Made by a program: the position numbers and the translations under genes. From Octopus vulgaris (lineage: Eukaryota): a stretch of 64,000 nucleotides of DNA. The stretch covers positions 155,930,001 to 155,994,000 of the forward strand of contig OX597817.1 of assembly GCA_951406725.2 (NCBI GenBank), in the 5' to 3' direction. Below are positions 39,851-53,025 of this stretch, piece after piece. The notes under the pieces were generated by a model. That model saw nothing but the letters and a program-made list of their open reading frames with translations. It was not told the origin of the DNA and did no database searches. Each line of letters begins with the position of its first letter. Position 1 is the first letter of the stretch.

Positions 39851-40253
39851 GCACACACGAACCACCGACGACGCCTTGAATATGGAGTCATTGAATGGCT
39901 ATGAAGAGAAAGTCCCGGATGTATCCCACATTGAGTCACCTCTCTTAGAAAGCAGGAGTTTATTGGACGCCTACTCTGTTCGGATGTCGACTTGGTCAAT
40001 TGTTAAAACATGCTGTTAATGCATACAGTATTTTTCAGTTAGATTGTTGTTTGTTGTTTAGTTCCAGTTTAGGGTGATCTTTCGGTAAAGGAACGTGAAA
40101 TGTCCGACAAAAATGAAAGAGAAAAAAAAATGATAATTTGCAATAGTAATGTGAGAACACTTAGTCGGCATTTCATATATATTATTATCTTACATAGACC
40201 ACGGATTTATCGGGATGTAAGAAATGATATAGCAATTATTACAACTGAGATCT

Positions 40254-40284
<31 letters not shown>

Positions 40285-40304
40285 TTCAGATAATAGTAAT
40301 TAAG

Positions 40305-40690
40305 GAAGGAAGCACTCCGTCGGTAACGACGACGAGGGTTCCGGTTGATCCGATCAACGGAACAGCCTGCTCGTGAAATTAACGTGTAAGTGGCTGAGCA
40401 CTCCACAGACACGTGTACCCTTAACGTAGTTCTTGGGGATATTCAGCGTGACACAGAGAGTGACAAGGCCGGCCCTTTGAAATACAGGTACAACAGAAAC
40501 AGGAAGTAAGAGTGAGAGAAAGTTGTGGTGAAAGAGTACAGCAGGGATCACCACCATCCCCTGCCGGAGCCTCGTGGAGCTTTTAGGTGTTTTCGCTCAA
40601 TAAACACTCACAACGCCCGGTCTGGGAATCGAAACCGCGATCCTACGACCGCGAGTCCGCTGCCCTAACCACTGGGCCATTGCGCCTCCA
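40305..40690 (-). mobile_element. SINE family C, full length, 14-bp TSD
   Basis: CAGATAATAGTAAT at 40287-40300 and 40691-40704. Confidence 0.94.
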
Positions 40691-40899
40691 CAGATAATAG
40701 TAATAATAATACCTTCTACAACAGGATCAATGCCTGAAATTCTGGGATGGGGTGCTAGTCAGTTTACATCGACTTCAGAGCTGCTCAAATAGTTATCATA
40801 TCGATTCCAAAGGGATGAAAAGGCAGAGTCGACCCCCCAGCGATATTTGGACTCAGAACCAAAAGACTGCCAGGTCGCCACCTTCAAATAATAATAAGA

Positions 40900-40961
40900 G
40901 TGATGATGATGACGACGACGACGACGACGACGACGATGATAATGATGATGATGATGATGAC

Positions 40962-40996
<35 letters not shown>

Positions 40997-40997
40997 C

Positions 40998-41065
<68 letters not shown>

Positions 41066-41066
41066 C

Positions 41067-41108
<42 letters not shown>

Positions 41109-41417
41109 TACATATTTTATCTGTGAATTTGCGTGTGTAATCTGGGAATGCATACAATGAGCTTCTCTGCCCTAGGTATACGGAAACGCTCGGCGAGAAA
41201 CGGAAGAAAATTTGAAGAAAGAAGAAGAAGAAGAAGAAGAAGAAGAAGAAGAAGAAGAAGAAGAAGAAGAAGAAGAAGAAGAAGAAGAAGAAGAAGAAGA
41301 AGAAGAAGAAGAAGAAGAAGAAGAAGAAGAAGAAGAAGAAGAAGAAGAAGAAGAAGAAGAAGAAGAAGAAGAAGAAGAAGAAGAAGAAGAAGAAGAAGAA
41401 GAAGAAGAAAAAGAAGA
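40900..41417. repeat. (GAT)n and (GAA)n microsatellites
   Basis: Direct inspection. Confidence 0.97.
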
Positions 41418-41419
41418 AT

Positions 41420-41730
41420 TCCCTAAAATTTGAAATAGGAAGAATTTGGGGCATGAGAACAGTAAAGGTCGCGCCTATAATAATTCGTGCGTCGGGAACA
41501 GTAAGCAAAGATATAGACAAATATATAGAAGGAGGTTGAAATAGAATGCCTGCAGAGAGTTTGTCTCTTAGGGACAGCAAAGATTAGCAGGAGGGTTTTA
41601 AGCACTTGAAAGGCAGTTGGAAATTTGTGGATACCTAAGGTTATAGGTAGTAACCCGCTACCCATATAAATCCTACCAGGAATAAAACCGAACTTGAGCC
41701 AAACCAAAATGATAAGAATAAGGATCATAA
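41420..41730 (+). mobile_element. R4/Dong-like non-LTR retrotransposon 3' remnant
   Basis: LKFEIGRIWGMRTVKVAPIII...ECLQRVCLLGTAKISRRVLST*, homologous to the peptide at 63210-63400. Confidence 0.65.
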
Positions 41731-42458
41731 CAACAGCCCTTTTCTACAGGTACAAGACCTGAAATTTTGGGCAAGTATGTTAGTCGATTACATTGGCCCC
41801 ACTACTAAACTGGTAATCATTTTATCGACCCAGAAAGGATGAAAGGCAAAGTCGACCATCGGAGGAATTTGAACTCTGAACATAAAGACGGACGAAATGC
41901 TGCTAACTACTTTGTCCGACGCTCTAACAATTCTGCCCACTCGTCACCTTAATAATGATAATGGTTTCCTAGATAGAGGCCCGCCGAGGTCGACTTTGCC
42001 TTCCATCCTTAAATTAAATAAGTACCAGTTACGCACTGGGGTCGATATAATCGACTTAATCCGTTTGTCTGTCCTTGTTTGTCCCCTCTGTGTTTAGCCC
42101 CTTGTGGGCAATAAAGAAATAAATAATGGTTTCTTAGATAGAGACAGGACCTGAAATTTGGTGGAGAGGTACCAACTAGCTGCATCGACCGCAGACAATA
42201 ATGTTTAATATTCGGACGTCATCCTTCAGAAAATTACTATTTCTATTCATCTGTAACGTCTTTAAATATTTGAATTCAGGAAAATTGTGTGAAAAACTCT
42301 TCCTAATATTGAATTCAATTCATTATTTTGCATTATAAAATGAATATTTCTTTATTTGAAAATACATTAATCTTCGAAAGATTGTATTCAAAGCAATATT
42401 GACAAAATTCGAGGCAAAGATTTGTGTTGTAATAAGTACGGCAATCTACCAGCCTTTC

Positions 42459-42541
<83 letters not shown>

Positions 42542-42640
42542 AGTCATTCTTTCTTTTCTGCCTTTCTTCCCCACTTCTCTGTACTCTCTGTCTCTGTATG
42601 TCTGTCTGTCTCTTTCTCTCCCCCTCTCTTTCTCTCTCTC

Positions 42641-42679
<39 letters not shown>

Positions 42680-42734
42680 GTCTGTCTGTCTCTCTGTCTG
42701 TCTGTCTGTCTCTCTCTTTATATATATATATATA

Positions 42735-43115
42735 AGGGGCTAAACACAGAAGGGACAAACAAGGACAGACAAAAAGATTATTAAGTCGATTACATCGACC
42801 CCAGTGTGTAACTGGTACGTATTTAATCGACCCCGAAAGATGAAAGGCAAAGTCAACCTCGGCGGAATTTGAACTCAGAGTGTAACGGCGGACGAAATAC
42901 CTATTTCTTTACTACCCACAAGGGGCTAAACATAGAGGGGGCAAAGAAGGACAGACAAACGGATTAAGTCGATTATATCGACCCCAGTGCGTAACTGGTA
43001 CTTATTTAATCGACCCCGAAAGAATGAAAGGCAACGTCGACCTCGGCGGAATTTGAACTCAGAACGTATCGGCAGACGAAATACCGCTAAGCATTTCACC
43101 TGGCCAGCTAACATT
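42735..43115 (-). mobile_element. SINE B dimer
   Basis: Two cores joined at GACGAAATAC|CTATTTC. Confidence 0.88.
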
Positions 43116-43324
43116 TCTATTTTCTACTCTAGGCGCAAGACCAGAAATTTTGGGGGAGAGGGGGGCAGAAATATCGAGGATCCACATTAGTATTCTAAGG
43201 ATCTATTTATTGCAAGAAACAGCTAAATTTCTTTCTCTAACATTTTGCATAGTTCAACCTATATAAGTATCAAAAGCAAAATAGGAATTTTGAAAGAGGT
43301 ATCTATAAATCTAGTTTATAAACA

Positions 43325-43653
43325 ATGATAAATCCCAGAGCGAGTTATACACAGTAGCGGTAACACATCGTGACGCATATTTGCCATTTGAATATGGCTA
43401 ACCCCTAAGGGTGGATGCTACTGTAGTTTGTAGCCCCAGGAAGAACCTCCTCCAGCTGGCTATAGACACACTATCTGTGTCCTGTCAGTATTTGTGAAGG
43501 GGAGTCATCCTCGACTCCCCTTCACAAATACTGAGAGGACACAGATAGTGTGTCTATAGCCAGCTGGAGGAGATATCTTCCTGGGGCTACAAACTACAGT
43601 AGCATCCACCCTTAGGGGTTAGCCATATTCAAATGGCAAATATGCGTCACGAT
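43325..43653. mobile_element. Family F fold-back insertion with 13-bp TSD
   Basis: About 140-bp arms 43367-43506 and 43513-43653 with 6-nt loop; TAGTTTATAAACA at 43312-43324 and 43653-43665. Confidence 0.88.
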
Positions 43654-44011
43654 AGTTTATAAACATCAAATTTTTATAGGAGTCCACCGGAATAAAATTA
43701 TAATCAAAGGGGCGCATAGATGAAAAAAAAATGGCTGACAAACCACTGGACTAGCGTATAATCTGTAGGCCTAAGACAGATCTTTGTTAAGTGCACCCGT
43801 ATAGAGAAAAATAATATAGAAACTGGTTAAATCTCGGAATAGTTTCTACTGGAAGTCAGAATAAAATTGGAGCGATGTCAACAGTGTAGGAGTGTATACA
43901 GTTAGGGAAGAATGTTTTAGGGATGTTAATGTCTCTTGATATTCGATGATCACGAACTAGGCTGAGTTGCAGAGGGAAGTCATGACATTCTTGTATTTTC
44001 TGTCTGTCTGA

Positions 44012-45125
44012 GTATGTATGTATGTATGTATGTATGTATGTATGTATGTATGTATGTATGTATGTATGTATGTATGTATGTATGTGTGTGTATGTGTGTG
44101 TATGTGTGTGTATGTGTGTGTGTATGCATGTATGTATTTATGTATGTATGCATGCATGCATGTATGTATGTATGTATGTATGTGTGTATGCATATATATA
44201 TATATATATATATATATACGTACCTGCGAATGTATGTATGTAGCATGTATAATGCACGTATGTACGTATGTATATACGTACGAATGCATGTATGTGTGTA
44301 TGCATGTACGTATGTATGCATGTACGTATGTATGTATGTATGTATGTATGTATGTATGTATGTATGTATGTATGTATGTATGTATGTATACACAGACATA
44401 TTTATATATGTTGACCTATAGAACATGCTGGGGGAGGTATCGTTATAGGTAGAGGATATACAAATTCGTAGGGAGCTGATATGGGCGTGAAAGAATATTG
44501 CTTGCAATTAGAGGATAATAAATGAAATATAAACAAAGTAGAAAGCAGACAAATAAAAAAACAAAACAATAAAAAACAAAAAAAAACATGATAATAAACC
44601 AAAAAAAAACAAACAAAAAAAGATCAGTCATTCCACACTAAAGGTCCCCTTTTCGTGCTGCTATGAAATTGTAAGGACGCATATATGTCAGTATCAGATT
44701 ACAGACAGCCAACCCTTCACTGTGTAAGTATTTAGTCATACACGTTTCATCCAGCCTCTGTAATGTGTGGGTCACACTTATTTTTTTACGCATTAGGAAT
44801 TATTAATACATGGTAGTAAAGCTGTTTGTTTTGTTTTATTTTGTTTTATTTTGTTTTATTTTGTTCAGTGCATGTTTTTTTTTTTTTTCGTAGTCAGCTG
44901 AAATGAAAAAAGAAGAAAAAGGACTTAGGCAACAGTGTATTTTTAGTATATAAGTATCGTTACATTTTAGTAAAAAAAGCCTCCTCATTCGCACATGTCT
45001 TACCTCACCCCTATATGAACTCTTCCAGAACATTTGGTACGATGCACTCACACACACATACACATATGCACACACACACACGCACGCACACATACACACA
45101 CACATATATATATGCATATATACAC

Positions 45126-45197
<72 letters not shown>

Positions 45198-45264
45198 TAT
45201 ATATACACACACATACATATTTATATACATTGTATACATATATATTAACACACATAAATATATA

Positions 45265-45295
<31 letters not shown>

Positions 45296-45498
45296 GTGTG
45301 TATGTGTGTGTGTGTATATGTGTGTGTGTGTGAATGTACACACACATACGCACACACACGCACACACGCATACACACATACACACACACATATATGCACA
45401 TATATATATACATATATATATACACATATATTTACACACACATATAAATATATATGTATATATGTGTGTGGGTGTGTGTGTGTGTGAATGTGCACACA

Positions 45499-45541
<43 letters not shown>

Positions 45542-45840
45542 GCATACACATGCACACACATCTGAATAGAATATATGTCAGGCTGACCTGGTAGAACAAA
45601 AGAAATCACAACAGTGAAAACTAGCGAACTAAAGAAATGGATAAATATGCAAAAACACTGAACTGAACGATGGATTAAGCATAAAAAGCTTAGCATCTGA
45701 ATCTTCGATGCAATTCTGTAAGAGACCATTGAAGAAGAACGCGCTGTATGTATGTATGTATGTATGTATGTATGTATGTATGTATGTATGTATGTCTATA
45801 TCTATATCTATATCTATCTACCTAACCATCTCTCTCTCTC

Positions 45841-45900
<60 letters not shown>

Positions 45901-46027
45901 TATGCATATATATATATATACACATGTATATACAATATATATATACATATATATAATATATATATAAATCTAAATATATATATCATACACACACACACAA
46001 ACATATATTTATGTATGTATAAATAAT

Positions 46028-46061
<34 letters not shown>

Positions 46062-46065
46062 ACAT

Positions 46066-46147
<82 letters not shown>

Positions 46148-46220
46148 GTATATATACATACATACATACATACATACATACATACATACATACATACATA
46201 CATACATACACACACATACT
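44012..46220. repeat. Microsatellite-dominated block (TATG, CA, TA) with short unique spacers
   Basis: Direct inspection. Confidence 0.9.
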
Positions 46221-46992
46221 TATATATCTGTACCGATATTTCTTTTAACAAGACCAGCTGTATTTGTTAATAAAACAGTTTCATAACCGACACGCACACG
46301 CATCCAGACAATCCACCCCCCACACACACACACTCAAGAGCAACAAGCGTAATACGATTGTTAAAAGTCCTTAGATGTGTATTTACTGTTCAATTTCCTG
46401 GCTATAATCGATGTGAAACGCAAAAAGCAAATGGCGATTAGACAAGACTGAACATATATCGACAATAGGATTAGCTTAGCGGACAAGCTAAACTAATAAA
46501 CTGAAAATAATCCGAAACAGAATTGACGTAGTTCTCCAAATAAATCCATATATAATGCATACACCATATATATAAAGCGGCTTCGGAGGCGATTCCAATG
46601 TCGCCGCCGCCGACACAAATATTCCTAAAATAAGCGGATGCCATAAAATTATGGAGAACTACAGTCGATAAAATCGAAATCAATACTATATTTGTTCTAG
46701 TGACCACGGAAAGATTGAATGAAAAGTTGACGACCACGGCTGAATTTGAACTTAGCAAAATACCGAGCTCAAATATGCAAAAGACATTTTCTATTGCTCG
46801 GGCAGTTTTCGCACCCTCCTACTCTTCCGCTTCCTCCTCCGCTTCCTCCCCCGCTTCCTCTCCCTCATTTCCCTCCTCCGCCCCTCCTCCCCACCCCTCC
46901 CAATCCAAATAACTATAATTGTTTCTAACATTAGGCACCAGGCTTGAAATGTTTGTTGGATGGAGTAAGTTGATAGAAATCGTCTTCCAGTA

Positions 46993-47315
46993 AGGCGGCG
47001 AGCAGGCAGAATCGTTAGCATGTCGGGCGTAATGCTTAGCGGTATTTCGTCCGCCGCTACGTTCTGAGTTCAAATTCCGCCGAGGTCGACTTTGCCTTTC
47101 ATCCTTTCGGGGTCGATTAAATAAGTACCAGTTACGCACTGGGGTCGATATAATCGACTTAATCCGTTTGTCTGTCCTTGTTTGTTCTTCTCAGTGTTTA
47201 GCCCCTTGTGGGTAGCAAAGAAATAAGTATTTCGTCTGCCGCTACGTTCTGAGTTCAAATTCCGCCGAGGTCAATTTGGCCTTTCATCTTTTCGACTTCG
47301 GCGGAATTTGAACTC
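46993..47315 (+). mobile_element. SINE B with a partial second unit ending in a fold-back
   Basis: Full head GGCGGCGAGCAGGCAGAATCGTTAGC; inverted arms 47251-47272 and 47294-47315. Confidence 0.87.
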
Positions 47316-47356
47316 GTCGTGAGTGGATTTAGTGGGCGATAACTGAAAGGAGATTG

Positions 47357-47444
<88 letters not shown>

Positions 47445-47467
47445 ATGTGTGTGCGTGCGTGTGTGAG

Positions 47468-47502
<35 letters not shown>

Positions 47503-47589
47503 GTTTGTGTTTGTGTTTGTGTGAGTGTGTGTGTGTGTGTGCATGCGTGTGTGAGTGTGTGAGTGTGTGTGTGTGTGTGTGTGTGTATA

Positions 47590-48885
47590 CAAGGTGTAAT
47601 GAATAAATTGTCTAAATGACGCAAGAAGGAAAATAACACTGACCTCTCACTTTAACAGATATATATATATACCAAAATTACGTTAAAATATCTTGAAATG
47701 TTAATGAGTAAATTTATTCAATAAAATCGCCATTGGCTTCAACTATGGCCTACAGACGTCTTCGAAATCTCCTGCAACTCTTCTCGACGATCCCCTTGTT
47801 TAAGCAGGTGAATGTTGCTATAATCATTGCCTTCAGTTCATCTTTGGTGTTACAAGGAATTTTATTGGTCATCTGCGAAACCACACATAGTGATCAAGGG
47901 GGTTGTAGTTTGGGGAGTTATGTGGCCAGATGTTAGGGGTGGTGTGGTCGCAGAAATTGTCTGATAGTCATGACTGGGTTGTCCTGCTTGTGTGGTATGG
48001 TGTAGAGTTCTGTTACCAGACATAGTGTCCTCCAGCAGCCACCTCTTTGACCCAGGGCAGCACTACCTCCTCCAGGCATTTGATGTAGTTCCCGTGTTGA
48101 GTCTGAGGCTGTGTGGAAAGATGAATGGAGGCATAACGTCGCCATCACTAGTGATGACTCCAAAACACCATGATGTTGACTGGATGTTTGATTTTTATCA
48201 CTGTCGGTACATGTTTTGGGGACACGGTAAGCCAACGGTTGTTTTGTGTGATTATCATCTGATCCTGGCAGAAATTTTTCTCGTCTGAGAAAAAGCAAAG
48301 CATGTTTGGTTGGAGGGGATGCTTGAGTTTGTTCAAAAGCTTCGTGGTGCGGTGTTTCCTCTTCTCCTTGATAGCTTGGGATAAAAATTGGCCCTTTCTC
48401 ATCTTGTACGAGGAATACTGAATGTCTTCATGCTCTACCTGCCTGATGAGGAACTCAAACACTCCCATGTCCCTGGCTGTGAACCTGATTGACTTGGAGG
48501 GATCGTTGTCAATCATGGCCTGGATCTCAACAACAAATTCAGGATTTCTTCCTTATGAGAACGATCAGAGTGATTTTTCCGAGCTGCCGTAATTTGTAAT
48601 CGCCATTAGACTCATCCAACTCTTTCCGAGTCCTCTGCACTGTCCTCAGATTGACACCCAAATACTTTGAAATGTTCATATTGGAGCTTTTGGCGCGAAT
48701 GCCAAGCAGTACAGTTTGTGGTTTCCAAATTTCTGGCGGAGTGAATTGCGTCATGGTGCTGTTTTTCTTACAGACAGTACCCAACTGATCCTACTATACT
48801 GTGTTGTCGACAAAATCAAAAACAAACAATGCGCATGCGTGAAATTGAAAATATAAAATGACGACAATTTACCCATCGCACCTTG
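47590..48885 (-). mobile_element. Tc1/mariner-superfamily transposon (maT/DD37D-like), decayed
   Basis: TIRs CAAGGTGTAATGAATAAATTGTC and GACAATTTACCCATCGCACCTTG; FFSDEKNF...QNNRWL...KHPVNIMVFW; a WPHNSPNYNPLDHY-like motif near 47885-47930; subfamily assignment from motifs only. Confidence 0.88.
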
Positions 48886-49390
48886 TGTGTGTGTGTATAC
48901 ACACACACACGTGCACACATATACACATATGTTTAGTATGTGTGTATGCAAGTAAGCATGTATATTTTGGTACAGTCAAGATTCTATAATCCAAATCCAT
49001 CCCCTTCTACTGTTAAATCAGTAAAAGCTGATATCGCCCAGAATTCCCTAGGGCACTTATCGTCTGCTACTATTGAAACTTGCATGAATTGCCGCATTGT
49101 CTGATGCCATTCAGTTTTCACTGAAAAAGTACCAGAAGTTCTATTGTTTAGATACCAGCGATTTAAAGGTTTCGCAAATGTTCGAAAAATGTCTGCTAAT
49201 TGGTTCCATCACACTCGCGAACTCACACTCAGGTTCATTCACACGCTCGTGTACACAGACGCACAAGCATATATGTATAGAAATGCATATTTGCATACAT
49301 ATTCTATCAGTATTGTGAGGCAACGTACGCCTGTTTATATATTGTTCTATTAGAATACGAAAATCTATGCATGTGCATGTTTTATATATA

Positions 49391-49904
49391 TCTATATATA
49401 TAAAACTGTAGTTGTGTGAGTGTCTGTCCCCTTCGATTTAGATTCCTAACTCCTCCTACATTTTGCGGTGCAGTTTAACCAAATTCGGGTATCTTATAGT
49501 CGTGATTCATATCGAGCCCGTCTGAGTATTAGCGCGCGTCTACGATGAGTCTACGATTTTAAAAATAATTTAACATAATTTTTTATTCCATTTTAATGCA
49601 TAATTTTTCGTGTGTCGATGGCGGCGGAGTTGGCGTCCACGCTCAAACACCTGCACCTGTTTGCTTCTCCCCTTCTTCCCTCCCTCGTGAAGCTGTGGGG
49701 AAGGGAGTTTAAGGAAATCAACGTCGTAATGCGTTGTCAAGGAGACTAGCGTTCTTTTAGAACAACGACTTCATGGCTTGAAGACACCAAAACAGAAATG
49801 GCTAAGAAAGCCCGAATTGGCATCTATAAAGGAAGTAACTCTCTAAAAATGCTTATATAGTTATTTCCCTTACAAACCCGAGCAACGCCGGGCGATACTG
49901 CTAG
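49391..49904 (+). mobile_element. Non-autonomous Helitron with extra internal segment
   Basis: Same ends as 20475 and 36710; unique sequence at about 49610-49825. Confidence 0.88.
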
Positions 49905-49938
49905 TATATATATATATAAATATATATATATATATCTT

Positions 49939-50014
<76 letters not shown>

Positions 50015-50015
<1 letters not shown>

Positions 50016-50502
50016 AAGTTAATCCAAACATGAAAACACAAAGAGAAAACACAACAACGCGAGGACGTGGAACAAGTATAGTATTATTGGACGCTCTGGA
50101 AAGAAGGAATGAAGGAGGGTTTAACGTTTCGGGCGGAGCTCTTCGTCAGAAACATAGGAAAAGGAAAGATATTTACATACATATATTTGTATGTATATAT
50201 GTGTATGTATGTATGCATGTACATGTATTTTCTCACATAAATATATGCGCACTCATAAACTCACACACACATACACGCGTGTTACATATAGTAAACAATA
50301 GATGTGCCTGCCTATACATATGTGTGTGTACATATGTATGTACGTATGTATGAATGCATGTATGTGCATGTATATATGTATGCTTGTATACACCCATCAA
50401 TTTATATACAAACATACATACATGCATGACCACGTGTGTATCGTTGGCGATTTTTTCCCTCCGTCTTCCCTTCCTTGGATCTTTCCTTTTCCTATGTTTC
50501 TG
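50015..50502. mobile_element. Penelope-like pLTR fragments in inverted arrangement
   Basis: Minus arm 50015-50170 carries an HHR; plus arm 50427-50502 repeats ATCTTTCCTTTTCCTATGTTTCTG in inverted orientation; TA-repeat flanks. Confidence 0.65.
50119..50153 (-). ncRNA. Minimal type I hammerhead motif
   Basis: Minus strand: GTTT CTGACGA A GAG ctccg CCC GAAA CG TT AAAC; intact core, stem I GTTT/AAAC, one stem II mismatch. Confidence 0.68.
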
Positions 50503-50917
50503 TATATATATATATATATACATATATACACACACAAACATATATATATATATACAGATACACAGATTAATCGACTATTCCCCTCACACGAACTTGCTGG
50601 CCTTGTGTCAAAAACTTGAAATCTGTATTATTGATAGAGAGTGAAAGAAGCAAAAATGAAATTAGAAAGGGTTGTAGTGAATGAGATGTAGAGAGTGAAC
50701 CAGAGAAGTTGCTGTTTTGTGAGAGATGAGCGCCAAGAGAGATGGATGGGGTTACTGAGATACGACATTCAAACTGCATCATTATAGTTCCTAAGTTTGG
50801 TATTTTGACTGAAAGCGATTAGTACACACCGCTTCCGTCAACTTACGCTTTTGTTCTCTCTTCCCTCCCCTTTCACTGCCCTTCTGTGTGCAGCCCTGTG
50901 TGGCTAATAAAGAAACA

Positions 50918-51014
<97 letters not shown>

Positions 51015-51023
51015 GGCTGTCTA

Positions 51024-51103
<80 letters not shown>

Positions 51104-51111
51104 CCTACCTA

Positions 51112-51161
<50 letters not shown>

Positions 51162-51162
51162 A

Positions 51163-51206
<44 letters not shown>

Positions 51207-51238
51207 GTCTGTCCGTCCGTCCGTCCGTCCGTCCGTCC

Positions 51239-51270
<32 letters not shown>

Positions 51271-51663
51271 CCCTTTCACTGAATATCACCTTATCTTTCA
51301 AACGACTTTCTTTAAAGTGTGGCAGAAACGAAGAAACAAAATCGGTGACACATGATTTGGTCTTCACTATAAATGTATTATGTGAGTAAATCCTTTTAGG
51401 TACAATCGACACTTTGTACGTCCACTACTCATCTGTCATTATCCATCGCCGCCATTTTTTCTCGTCACGGCTTGTTGTTCCAAAGACTGATTTTCATTAT
51501 CGTTAATTTGCATTCTGTCATCTCGTTATGTGAGTGTGAACTGATCGTTCATCACGTCAGGTCTTATGTGATGTCACTATTCATCAGATTCAAGATTGCG
51601 AAAGTCAAGGAGGAAAACCTCATGGAATCAAGCACTTTTACACAAGGTTGTAATATATGGATT

Positions 51664-51887
51664 CTGGCAGATACGTTAGCACGCCGGGCGAAATGCGTAG
51701 CCATATTTCGTCTGCCGTTACGTTTTGAGTTCAAATTCCGCCGAGGTCGACTTTGCCTTTTCTCCTTTCGGGGTCGATTAAATAAGTACCAGTTACGCAC
51801 TGGGATCGATATAATCGACTTAATCCGTCTGTCTGTCCTTGTTTGTCTTCCCTGTGTTTAGCCCCTTGTGGGTAGTAAAGAAATAGG
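51664..51887 (+). mobile_element. SINE B monomer
   Basis: Head, core and tail present. Confidence 0.9.
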
Positions 51888-52851
51888 ATTATTATATTAC
51901 ATGTTTGAATGCTAAAATATACATCCGTGCCATATATTTTCCAATCTTAAATAAACCCCATTGTTTTTGATGCTAGTAATTCAATAAAGACCAATAACTT
52001 GACAGGATATATGCGATGCTGTTTTTGTTGTAAAAGTATAAAAAGTGGCACAATATTCAGGATAGTTCCATTGACAAATCAGAAAGATCCGTGGATACCA
52101 TGTTGCTTCCAGTTTTAAGTAATACTAAACGGATTAGGGGCAGATCTGGTTTTGGATGCTGTTGTGTTGTAGAGAACTCTTCTTTGCAAGAATAATTGAA
52201 CTAATAATAACGAACTAACGAAAATCCTCGTCAATTCCGCAGTGTTTCAGTTTACTATATATTCATACTATAAATTAGTGTGGATAAATAATTCGTTATA
52301 CTATAGGTACAAAACCTCATTAAAAAAAAACAACTTTTTGGTGGAGGATGTGGCTAGTCGATTACATCGACCCTTATGCTTAAGTGGCACTTATTTTATC
52401 GACCCAAAAGGATAAAAGGCTAAGTCAACCTCGGTGGAATCAGAACTCGAAACATAAAACCGAAAGAAACGCTGCTCCGCATTTTGTCTAGTGTACCGAC
52501 GATTCTGCCCGTTCGCTGCTCGAAATAATAGAGTCAATCGCTTGACCTTTCAATAATCAGCGGTAACCATCAACAAACAATCAACTCCATAAATCCATAA
52601 ATGTTGATATTGGCGAGAACAGTCAATAATGTTGATTCGAAGATTCGACTAGTATTTATTTTATTGACTCTGGAAAATTGGAAACAGAGTCAACATCGGC
52701 GAGGTATTAGGTCAGGACTTTAATATTAGAAAGTAAAAACCCCAAATTCATTGTATATGACTTCTGTAACGAATCTGATAAGGTACCGGTCTTGCTACCG
52801 TATACAGCAGTGATTTACTACATCACTCTTTAGTACCTGTTTACCTGACAG

Positions 52852-53025
52852 TGTCCTATATTAGACATTTCTCACAATTCTTCTTTCCCAGAGGCAGAAA
52901 GCCCCTGGAAGCCTTTCTCCAATAACATTGAACCTGCTGACGTTCAAGTTAGATATCACTTGAAGCAATCTCATCCGTTTCCAAGGGCTTACCGTATTCA
53001 AGACTGCTTCTTTTACTTGGACGAG
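52852..53025 (+). CDS. Candidate internal coding exon, product unknown
   Basis: cag| 174-nt stop-free frame (CPILDISHNSSFPEAESPWKPFSNNIEPADVQVRYHLKQSHPFPRAYRIQDCFFYLDE) |gtaata; non-repetitive; no homology recognised. Confidence 0.3.

Noticed and set aside
40752-41580. Poly-Asp/Glu ORFs resembling acidic biomineralisation proteins
   Set aside because: Pure (GAT)n and (GAA)n tracts flanked by SINE and retrotransposon remnants
43525-43575. Hammerhead or HDV-like ribozyme in family F
   Set aside because: CTGAGAG plus hairpin is followed by TATA, not GAAA; I could not build an HDV double pseudoknot
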